Shown here: one piece after another, positions 53,758 through 64,000 of the stretch
How positions within the stretch are numbered: the stretch's first letter is position 1
Layout of the letters: each line of letters starts with the position of its first letter
NCBI GenBank assembly: GCA_963727895.1
Contig: CAVSHT010000003.1
Span: forward strand, 256,001-320,000
Source of the DNA: an uncultured Methanosarcinaceae archaeon
GTDB lineage: Archaea > Halobacteriota > Methanosarcinia > Methanosarcinales > Methanosarcinaceae
Length of the DNA: 64,000 bases
Direction: 5' to 3'
Made by a program: the position numbers and the translations under genes
Notes under the pieces: model-generated
Told to the model about the DNA's origin: nothing
What the model saw: the letters and a program-made list of their open reading frames with translations, nothing else
Databases searched by the model: none

Positions 53758-54393
53758 TTAAGGTTTCCTAACTTCTTCTTTAACTTTCTTTTTTCGTTCC
53801 TTTATCTTCAAGATTACATCTTCAGAAGGTATCTCAAGCCCAAATATGCCATATATATCATAGGGACTTGCAAGTACAATGATTTTTTCCATCTGGGCAA
53901 GTTTTTCTGAGTTTGTAACATCTACTTCACGCATACTGAGTTCAAAGGCTTTACCATTAGGTGCAGATGTTTTCACACTTCCTCTTTTCTGGTCTACAGG
54001 CAGGATGAAAATAGGTGTATTTCCTTTTGCAGTCTGAGATACCGCATTTGTAACAAGAGTGTCTGCGATTCCATAAACGATTTTTGCCACTGTATTAGCA
54101 GTCGCAGGTGCTATCAGCAGAAAATCGTAGTATCCCATTTGAAGCGGACCTGCAATGAAAGGGGAATTAGGACCAGCATCTACTTTAAAATTGGGAAAAT
54201 CTTTCTGGATATTGTCCCACAAGTGATACCATTTCATTACGGTTTCGCCCTCTTTGGACAGAAAAACCATTGTTTCGACCCCTGTTTTCATCTTAATATC
54301 AACCAGAATGCTGTACGTCTCAATCATCTGGTCGCCCGAACCTGTTATCCCCCATGCTATTCTTTTGATTTTCTTATTTAATGGTTCTACCAA
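53758..54393 (-). CDS. afpA: Archaeoflavoprotein AfpA
   Basis: RIAWGITGSGD, APATANTVAKIVYGIADTLVTNAV, PVDQ. Confidence 0.85.
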   Translation of the reverse strand: MVEPLNKKIKRIAWGITGSGDQMIETYSILVDIKMKTGVETMVFLSKEGETVMKWYHLWDNIQKDFPNFKVDAGPNSPFIAGPLQMGYYDFLLIAPATANTVAKIVYGIADTLVTNAVSQTAKGNTPIFILPVDQKRGSVKTSAPNGKAFELSMREVDVTNSEKLAQMEKIIVLASPYDIYGIFGLEIPSEDVILKIKERKKKVKEEVRKP

Positions 54394-54492
54394 AATAACT
54401 CCTCCTCAAGTAATTTTGTCAAATTAAGGATTTTTCTATTTTGATTAATCTGAAATATAAAATATTCTTAGTTATCTATTTAATTTTAAAGT

Positions 54493-55179
54493 TTACATCT
54501 TGACTTCATCTTTTGGTTTTTCAGGTTTTGGGGACTCGAATTCTCTTTCTATGGAAGCATTTTTTATAAATTGAGCTGTCTGGATAAGTTTTTTTAAGGT
54601 TCTTCTTAGGCTTCTCATACCTTCGGAATCTTCTGAAACACCTTCGGCTCCTTTGTCCTTTGACCAAAATGTTCCTCCCATGTTAGCCCCAAAAGAACCT
54701 CCTCCCACAGGTATCATTTCATTAATCACATAAAAGTTCAGGATGGTCTGGATTGCAGGTTCCTGTCCACCGATCCTGTCTCCTCCATCTGCGATTCCCA
54801 TTCCCACCTTATTCAAAAAAACTTTAGGGTCTTTGGCAACCACGGCTCTACATCTATCCATTATTGTTTTAGTCTGGGCGCTCAGTGTTCCCTGATAAAC
54901 CGGAGTTCCAATAATCCATGCATCTGCCCAAATCATTTTGTCATAAAGTTCAGCTGAGATATCATCTTTGTGAATGCAGCCTTCTTTTGTTCTTATACAG
55001 GAGTCGCAGTGAATACAAAAATTTAGTTTTTTTCCTTTGGAAGAAAAATATTTAGTTTCTGCACCATATTTTTCTTCTGCGATTTTCAGCGCTTCTCGGA
55101 CTATAAAGTCAGTTGCCATATTCCTGGGACTTCCTGATATTCCGAGAATCTTTATCGTTTTAGCCTCATTATTTTGCAT
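54493..55179 (-). CDS. Iron-sulfur flavoprotein (Isf-like flavodoxin fold)
   Basis: GISGSPR, CIHCDSCIRTKEGC compact Cys motif, GTPVYQG, GGQE. Confidence 0.87.
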   Translation of the reverse strand: MQNNEAKTIKILGISGSPRNMATDFIVREALKIAEEKYGAETKYFSSKGKKLNFCIHCDSCIRTKEGCIHKDDISAELYDKMIWADAWIIGTPVYQGTLSAQTKTIMDRCRAVVAKDPKVFLNKVGMGIADGGDRIGGQEPAIQTILNFYVINEMIPVGGGSFGANMGGTFWSKDKGAEGVSEDSEGMRSLRRTLKKLIQTAQFIKNASIEREFESPKPEKPKDEVKM

Positions 55180-55556
55180 GTCCCCTCCAAATTGCAAGTA
55201 AAAATTACGTCTCTACTTGAATATATCTATATGCTGGTATACTTCTTAGACAAATTATTTTATGCATGGTATTTTTATCTAATCTTTAAATTTCTTTGCC
55301 TTTGTCAATCAGGTCCCCTATATTAGTTGACAATTAAGTCTGATAAAAAGACTATTTATGTATATATTGTAATATTTTTCCTTTTTTAAAAAACAATCTG
55401 CTCTCTATATATAGGTTGAAGGCATGTGCCGAAAAATTAATATGTACGCACAAAGGCCCAAGCAGCTATGAGTTTTGAAAAACAGAAACTTATATGTTTT
55501 CTTTAAATGTTAATTCTAAAATTTCAATAAACAGGGTGAGGAACAAAAAATAATGT

Positions 55557-55609
55557 CGCTACTTGACATCTAATTGTGATCAAAAAAACGCTACTTGACA
55601 TCTAATTGT
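55557..55609. repeat. 21-bp direct repeat (2 copies)
   Basis: CGCTACTTGACATCTAATTGT at 55557-55577 and 55589-55609. Confidence 0.9.
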
Positions 55610-55638
55610 AAGCTAAAAAACTTATCAGTATAATAAAT

Positions 55639-56393
55639 GGCATTGTTACTCAAATATATCTAGTTCTTTATTTCTGTATTTCATCAATGGAATAACCGAG
55701 TACTTTAGCATTTCAAGACTCTTCGTATAACACTTTGTCTTTCTTCTCAACCTTGCCAAAAAGTGCCTCAATATGCTGTTATATCCCTCAACTGTAAATG
55801 TTTCTGCTTTTGATTGAGTATGAATCGTTTCTGGAAGAAACTCTGCATATGCCCTCCAGTAATCGGTCATCACTTCTCCAATCTCTTTTTTCTTCAATTT
55901 TTCCCAGAATAGTTTTCCAGTTTCCGTTCCTCTGCTACCAAAAGAGCAGTTGATGAACTTTTTCCCAACTCTATCAACAGCAATCCAGATCCAGCAATAT
56001 TTTTTTGTTACCTATGTAAGTGTGCATTTCATCTATTTCAACAATAGATATCTCATTTTCACTTTTTAGGTCCTCTAACTCCTGACCAAATTTCTTTATC
56101 CATCTTTGGACAGAAACATGACTCACCCCTAAAACTCTTCCTATTGAACGAAAGCCCAATCCTTCAAGGTAAAGTTGTAAAGCCTGTTTTTTAACAGAGG
56201 CGGAAAAAGCAGTTGATTTTAACTCTACTGTATAGTTATATCCACAATCATGGCATTTGTAGCGTTGACGCCCACCAACTATACCGTTCTTTTTGTGACT
56301 GGAACTATTGCATCTGGGGCAGTTCATGAAGAAATATACTTTCTAAGAAATATACTTTCTAATAGTATATAACTATGTTTAAGTATCAATGCC
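55639..56393 (-). mobile_element. IS1 family element, copy 3
   Basis: TIRs GGCATTGTTACTCAAA / TTTAAGTATCAATGCC; perfect 8-bp TSD TAATAAAT (55631-55638, 56394-56401); insA/insB ORFs. Confidence 0.95.
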
Positions 56394-56642
56394 TAATAAA
56401 TATCTTTATCAAATTTCAAAAAAATACAGATATTTATATTGTTTTATTCTAAAAACTCCTTTTGTTAAAAAATCGGATTCTCGTTATTTACTATATACTC
56501 TAAAAGTCCACTATACAAAGTATAAGAACTTAAAGTTCACTTTAAAGCAGTCAACTTTTAAATCTTATTTTAATATGTTCGGAAAATAAATTGGATTGAA
56601 TCTCAGTTAATGAACTGAGAGTTTTCCAATTAATAATATTTC

Positions 56643-57548
56643 TTATCCACAGTTTTCAATTCTATTGTTATTAGTGTTTACATTAGTTTCTTTTGTATTT
56701 AAGTGTACTACTGCAGGAGCAGATAAGTCATGGAAATAGTTGCCGGAAGCTTCTATATTTCTAAGAGTTCCCTGTAATTCTAAACCTGCGTATCCACCGC
56801 CAGATGTAGTACATTCATTGTTTTTCATGACTCCGTCGGTAACGGAATCGAACCGAACAGATGAATTAGTCCGGTTAATAAATTTACAATTCTTAACTGT
56901 GATGCCATTTACATGATAGGCATATACACCATCATGACCACATTTGTTTACAGTTACTGTGTCTATCACTACATTGCTGGATTGTGAAATAAGCATGGCA
57001 TCGTTACATCCGTTCTGGAACGTAACATCCTGAATTGTTAATCCATTGCAGTTTACTATAGTTGCCATGTTATAACAGGAGGTTCCAAGCCTGACACTAG
57101 AATAATAGTCGGACTGGCTGCCATCAACAGTTATGCCTTTTATTGTAACATCGCTTGCAGAACTGCCTCTGATCATAAGCATGGCTTTCTTTTCTGTAAT
57201 ACTGCTCTCACGCCCACCCCAGACTGATAGTCCTGCGGCAAGCTTAATCTTTGTACCTGAATCTCCTTCAAGGATGGTGTTGCTGCCTATCCGAAGAGAA
57301 TCGCTTATATCATATGTGAATGGGCCTTTAAGGTGGACAGTTGTGCCCGGGTTCTCTGCGGCAAATTCAAGCGCCTGGTTAATCTGGACGTCATCGGCTT
57401 TTCCATCACATTTATAGTCTCCACTTCCGTCTCCGGCAACAGTTACCACCTTTGAACTCTGTGTACTCGGGGCGCCTAACGCAGCCGGTACGGTTGTTAA
57501 AATAAGGCATGTTACCAGGAATAGGGTTCCTAGTTGTCTTTTTTGCAT
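56643..57548 (-). CDS. Secreted right-handed parallel beta-helix protein (disaggregatase-related N-terminus)
   Basis: Signal peptide MQKRQLGTLFLVTCLILTTVPAALG; VAGDGSGDYKCDGKADDVQINQAL; Asn/Gly-rich beta-helix repeats; AGGTGA RBS. Confidence 0.82.
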   Translation of the reverse strand: MQKRQLGTLFLVTCLILTTVPAALGAPSTQSSKVVTVAGDGSGDYKCDGKADDVQINQALEFAAENPGTTVHLKGPFTYDISDSLRIGSNTILEGDSGTKIKLAAGLSVWGGRESSITEKKAMLMIRGSSASDVTIKGITVDGSQSDYYSSVRLGTSCYNMATIVNCNGLTIQDVTFQNGCNDAMLISQSSNVVIDTVTVNKCGHDGVYAYHVNGITVKNCKFINRTNSSVRFDSVTDGVMKNNECTTSGGGYAGLELQGTLRNIEASGNYFHDLSAPAVVHLNTKETNVNTNNNRIENCG

Positions 57549-57599
57549 CGTATCACCTTTGGGTTGGATTTTTATAGGGATTTAAGTGAAATCAAAACA

Positions 57600-58050
57600 T
57601 ATACAGTAAGGTACTTCTTTCCCAAACATCACTCAAAATTCCATATTACGTACTCGTAATACTTACTTTTCCGAACGAATCTAATCAGGTAGGGATTTTC
57701 GAATTCTTCAATAGAATTCCCTGATCAGGTCGGCTCTATACGGATATTTAAGATTCCTATTACGTCTGCGTAATATTTTTCGAACCTATCCAATTCGGTT
57801 CTCTGCGATTTAGTGGGGCGGACACGTTGCACACAGAGTCTCCACTCTCCAATCACTTATAGGGATTAGTCACTGGAGGTGGCCGGAAACTAGAAGTTTT
57901 GGCTTCTATAAATCAAAACTTATTACTGACTACAGAATAGCATCCTTCTGGTCAATACCTTCCGTTTATTTCTCACGGCCTTTAGCCACAAGTCAACTCT
58001 CCTTTTTTAAAAAGTTTTCATTCACCATTGTTGAATTCTTGAGTTGACAT
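57600..58050 (-). ncRNA. Candidate long structured 5' leader / cis-regulatory RNA
   Basis: GC-elevated non-coding segment with at least eight stems between a TATA-like box (58068-58079, minus strand) and the beta-helix gene. Confidence 0.5.
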
Positions 58051-59027
58051 ACTTGGTTATGTGATCCTATTATAAAATATTTTTGGTATTTTACTAATTA
58101 AATTTTTGATAGTCTCTGCTGTTAAAAATTAACTCCGGTTTTTTATATAGCGGTCACGTGGAATTTTTAAAAATCTATTAAAATAATGTCATTTAACAAT
58201 ATTAAATAGTATCTTCTCATGTTTAAAAAATATTTATGTTTAAAATTAAGTGCAGTTTTCATAAAAAAGCTCTAAATTCAAAATATATTGTGATCTTAAA
58301 TAATACATTGTAGTTTTATATATTCTATTGTAGTTTTATATATTCTATTGAAATCTTATATCTACACCGTATGCCTAAAAATGTCTTTAATTGCCATGAC
58401 AATAGTAATAGAAAAAATAAACATCTGAATTTTTATCTTTTTTGCTGAGGTCCCTTGACATCATTTTGTCAGTTTGCTTTATACATTTTTTGCTAAGAAT
58501 AATTACGAAAAGTTTTTTAACTTTTTTTTGTCCAGTCCTGTATAGAAAAATCACGGAGAAGGTCTAAGCCTCTTCTAAGATCTCTGCAGATTATATTCTA
58601 CCTTCAATCTAGAAAATCCTCCGCACATTACTTTTTTCAATATAAATCTTTTGCTAGATTTTAAATGAATAATTTTCTTTAAAAAAGATTCATCTAATTC
58701 TACTGTTCTAAGCTATTATAACTTAAGATTGTGGTTGGCAATGCCAGTTTCTAAAATATATCCTGAAGGTTTATTATCTTTTTTGTATGGTTTATGCTTG
58801 CTAATAATTTAAGTACAGGGAAATACAAAAAAGATATTTTCATTAAACTTATTTTATATAACATGATTAATACAGTTAATTATATATAGACTTCTAAATA
58901 CTGTTATGTGAATTTAGTGAAGGTTTAATGATTAATATCTATTGCAATGGATATTAATTCTCATTCAAGTAAAATATATTCGGGACAAAAAAGACCCATT
59001 TATCCAATATACAGTAATTTGGAGTAA

Positions 59028-60020
<993 letters not shown>

Positions 60021-60113
60021 TTTTATTACATCTTATTATATTTTTCAATTTTTTTTCATTGTTTTTAAAATATCTTACTTTCAGGCAAGCAAATAAGTGT
60101 GGGAGGGAACTAT

Positions 60114-61153
60114 TTGCCACCAAAGATTGCAGAAGTCATTGACTATGACGTATGTGCAGCCTGCGGTGCATGCGAGGCCGTATGTCCTATAGGGGCTGTA
60201 ACTGTAAAAAAGGCGGCAGAAATTCGTGATCCAAAAGATCTGAGTCTGTACAAAAAGGGGCTGGATATCTGGTATGTGAAGGTTGTTTAACCTGCAGACG
60301 AATTTGTCCAGTAGTAGATGGCTTCATTGAGAATGAACTTGCAAATGTGCATAAGTTTTTTGCCGTAAAGTCTAAGGACAATGCCGACAGTCAAGATGGA
60401 GGAGTAACCACTGGAATCCTTAAATCCCTTTTAAAACAGGGTAAAATTGACTGTGCCATTGGCGTTACCATGAATGAAAAATGGGAATCTGAAGTCGTTC
60501 TGTTGACAAACGCTGAAGATGTTGATAAAGTAAAAGGAACAAAGTATACTTCCGACCCGATTATTGCAGCTCTCAGGGAAGCCTTTGAAAAATACGATAA
60601 GATTGCAGTTGTAGGGGTGCCATGCCAGGCTCATGCTTCACGTTTGATAAGGGAAAATGTAAATGAAAAAATTGTGCTTATCATCGGGTTGTTGTGTATG
60701 GAAAGCTTCCATCACGACGTAATGCTTGATAAAATAATCCCGGAGATTCTGAAAGTCAAGATTGAAGATGTCAAAAAGATGGAGTTCACTAAAGGTAAAT
60801 TCTGGGTCTACACCACTGACGGTGAGGTTCATTCCGTTCCTATTAAGGACGTAGCTAAATATGCCCGAAATCCCTGCCATAACTGCTGTGACTACACTTC
60901 AGTCTTTGCAGATATCTCTGTAGGCTCAGTTGGAGCTCCAGATGGATGGAATTCTGTCTTTATAAGGACAGAGACTGGAGAGAAATACTTTGATATGGTT
61001 CGTGAAGAAATGGAGATCATGGAAGATCCCAAGCCTGGTCTCGAACTTGTCGGAAAGCTTATTGATATGAAACGCAAAAATAATGCTGAGCACTTTAAAG
61101 AAGTCTGCACAAAGTTTAGTTTTGAAGTCGGAATACGTAACGAAACGGTTTGA
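60114..61153 (+). CDS. fpoF: F420H2 dehydrogenase subunit F, frameshift near 60260
   Basis: PPKIAEVI..CAACGACEAVCP, CEGCLTCRRICP, FrhB-like GVPCQ, CMESF, ADISVGSVG; directly after mer. Confidence 0.9.
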
Positions 61154-61206
61154 AATTATAATCTATTAAAATAATAACAAAATAATATTTGAGGTTGGGA
61201 TTCTAG

Positions 61207-61728
<522 letters not shown>

Positions 61729-61867
61729 TATCTTTTATAATTTAATACGAAACAAGTCTTTTCTATTTCTTTTTCATCCTTCTTTTTGTCTTCCTCTCAA
61801 AAATATCTGACTTTGATTAATACTTGACTCAGTCTTTTTTCCTTGAATGATTTAGTTTTTCTTCTAT

Positions 61868-62275
61868 TCATTCTGATTTTTCTTTCCTGTACTTGTGCAG
61901 GGCTACCTCAATGCTGCTATATAGGTCTCTCTCATCAAAAGGTTTTATAATATAACCGAAAGGTTCGGTTTTCTTTGCCCTCTCAAGAATCTTATTATCA
62001 GAATAAGCAGTCAGGTAAACGACAGGAATATCAAGCTTTTCCCTGATCTCGTTTGCAGCTTCTACGCCGTCCATATCACCTTTTAACATTATATCCATAA
62101 GTACGACATCAGGAAATGTGCTCTCTGCCTTGCTAATGGCATCCTCTCCAGAAGAGGCTACTCCTGTGACCGTGTACCCCAAACTCTTTAACATTTTCTT
62201 TATGCCCATTGCAACGATATGCTCGTCCTCAACAACCAGAATTCTACCTTCTGCCTTTTTTCTGTCTTCCACCAT
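61868..62275 (-). CDS. Single-domain response regulator
   Basis: ILVVEDE, LMDIML (phospho-Asp), YLTAY, IIKPF. Confidence 0.93.
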   Translation of the reverse strand: MVEDRKKAEGRILVVEDEHIVAMGIKKMLKSLGYTVTGVASSGEDAISKAESTFPDVVLMDIMLKGDMDGVEAANEIREKLDIPVVYLTAYSDNKILERAKKTEPFGYIIKPFDERDLYSSIEVALHKYRKEKSE

Positions 62276-62285
62276 TTCTCACACC

Positions 62286-64000
62286 TTATTTATCTTCATC
62301 TCCTGAAAAACTAATCTTAAATTCTGTTCCTCTACTCCTGTCAAGTTTGATATTTCCTTCTATCTGATCCACAAGTGTTGTCACCAGTTGTAGTCCCAGG
62401 GAAGTTGTATTCCTAAAGTCCAGCGTTTCAGGGAATCCCTTTCCGTTATCTCTTACTATAAGAGTTAACTTATCCTTATTATTCCGTTCTTTACTTTTAA
62501 GGTTAGTTTTTTCATTATTTAGATTCCCTGCTTTTTCAATTCCAGAATCCTCAGGTTCTTTTTCATGCCAAATCGGATCTTTTTTACTTCTGTGCAACTC
62601 AATGTAAATCTCTCCTTCTTTTTCTCCGGTAAAGGCATGTTTCAAAGAATTTAAGACCAGCTCATTGATAATTATTCCTAGGGGAACTGCTGTATCCATT
62701 CCCAGAAAAATTTTTTCAACGTCAAGTTTTAGGCTTACTTTATTATTATCCAGGGAATAAGATTGGAACAGGGAACCTGCAAGATCATTAATATAATCTG
62801 CAAAATCCACACTTACCATATCCTCTGACTGATAAAGTTTTTCGTGGATCAAAGCCATTGATTTTACTCTATGCTGGCTGTTCCTGAAAGCTTCTATTAC
62901 ATCCTTGTCCGTAAAATTTCCAGACTCAAGATATAGAAGCGTAGAAATTACCTGCAAATTATTCTTGATACGGTGATGGATTTCTTTTTTGCGAATTTCT
63001 TCCATTTGGAGAAGCGCATCCTCGGCTTTTTTATGCTTGGTTATATCCAGGATAATCCCCTGAAGATAGATTTCTCCTTCTTCATTGCGCTGGATAACTG
63101 TTCTTTCGTCAACCCAGCGAACCTCTCCTGATCTTGTGAGAATTCTATATTCTGAGGTATAATCTGCACATCCCGCTTCAACATGCATTTTAATCTCAGT
63201 ATTTATCTTTTTCAGATCTTCGGGATGTACAATGTCCCCATAAAGAATTCTTTTTGAGGTAAAATCCTCTACATCATAACCCAACCGAGTAATATTTTCA
63301 GAAACAAACTCTGCAGGCCACATGGGTTCATATTTCCACAGAAACACAATTACAGGACTTGTATTAACAACCCTTTCTAGATCTTCCTTAAGCTTGTTGG
63401 AATGCTCAAGTTCTTTTGCATAAGCCAGAAGAGCTTTTTCTGCTTCTATGCGCTGAGCGGTAATCATATCAAGAGCCTGACGTGTCTCTTCAATTCCGTC
63501 CGTAAGCAACTTGAAATCGCCCTTCCCATGGATACTGATAGACCGCTTAAAATTATTCTGCTGAAATGCTGTAAGGACTGCATTTGAATCATCGATAATA
63601 CTATTTAAGGTTTCAGAAAATTTATCAAGTGTATTTCCAAGTTCCCTAAACTCTCCCTGCACATCTGCATTTACTCTTTCTTTTAATTCCCCTTTTGCAA
63701 GTGCACTGGTCACTCTTATTGTTTCTCTGATAGGAATAATTACAGCTTTAAGGATTTCATTCAAGCCTATAGGGATCTCTCTGAAATCAATTTCCACGTT
63801 CGTGTCCGCTCTGACATCGAGTTTTCCTTTAACCGCATCTTGAGCAATATTCTTGAAGTCCTTAACGATTTTATCTATAGGTTTTGTGATAGAGCAGGCA
63901 ATCATGTAAGCAAGAGCTGCCATAAATAGTATGGAAATTGCAGAAATAATCAGAAGCTTATTCCGAAGATCAAGAACACCTGCAAGCATTTCTTGTTTTG
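62286..64000 (-). CDS. Membrane HAMP-PAS histidine kinase (HisKA_2/HWE type), 5' end outside the window
   Basis: TM helix, HAMP repeats, PAS (VHPED, EYRI..RWV), KEIHHRIKNNLQ, NELVLNSLKHAF, DNGKG, SLGLQLV. Confidence 0.92.
   Translation of the reverse strand, partial: KQEMLAGVLDLRNKLLIISAISILFMAALAYMIACSITKPIDKIVKDFKNIAQDAVKGKLDVRADTNVEIDFREIPIGLNEILKAVIIPIRETIRVTSALAKGELKERVNADVQGEFRELGNTLDKFSETLNSIIDDSNAVLTAFQQNNFKRSISIHGKGDFKLLTDGIEETRQALDMITAQRIEAEKALLAYAKELEHSNKLKEDLERVVNTSPVIVFLWKYEPMWPAEFVSENITRLGYDVEDFTSKRILYGDIVHPEDLKKINTEIKMHVEAGCADYTSEYRILTRSGEVRWVDERTVIQRNEEGEIYLQGIILDITKHKKAEDALLQMEEIRKKEIHHRIKNNLQVISTLLYLESGNFTDKDVIEAFRNSQHRVKSMALIHEKLYQSEDMVSVDFADYINDLAGSLFQSYSLDNNKVSLKLDVEKIFLGMDTAVPLGIIINELVLNSLKHAFTGEKEGEIYIELHRSKKDPIWHEKEPEDSGIEKAGNLNNEKTNLKSKERNNKDKLTLIVRDNGKGFPETLDFRNTTSLGLQLVTTLVDQIEGNIKLDRSRGTEFKISFSGDEDK

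Noticed and set aside
55557..55609. Direct repeat as a mini-CRISPR array
   Set aside because: Only two units, an 11-nt spacer and no cas genes

Overview
AT-rich archaeal chromosome segment, almost certainly Methanosarcina (methanogenesis marker 12, mer, fpoF, AglB, Isf/AfpA, HisKA_2-type kinase). The core backbone holds NYN protein, PaaK-like ligase, DHH phosphoesterase, prefoldin beta, M42 peptidase, cimA-ilvB-ilvN-ilvC, nitroreductase, tRNA-Arg(CCG), SudAB/NfnAB, aksE/aksF, mntP, mer-fpoF-NMN adenylyltransferase and a two-component pair. A ~21 kb surface-glycosylation locus carries manC, rmlCBDA, a flippase, seven glycosyltransferases and two tandem aglB paralogues. Accessory material includes three IS1-family copies, a decayed IS110 element, several MITE-like repeats, a dead RelBE-like pair, a HEPN-motif gene and a DUF2971-like pseudogene. 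The best leads are: (1) a structured non-coding segment in the IS110 end whose internal loop matches the element's own insertion site (candidate archaeal bridge/seek RNA); (2) a ~500-nt multi-hairpin leader with a twice-repeated palindrome upstream of a secreted beta-helix protein; (3) cimA lacking any canonical start codon ahead of its catalytic DTTLRDGEQ motif; (4) unannotated small ORFs. Many single-base frameshifts from ~36 kb onward hit conserved genes and are probably sequencing/consensus errors. All family assignments come from motif recognition by eye; no searches were run.
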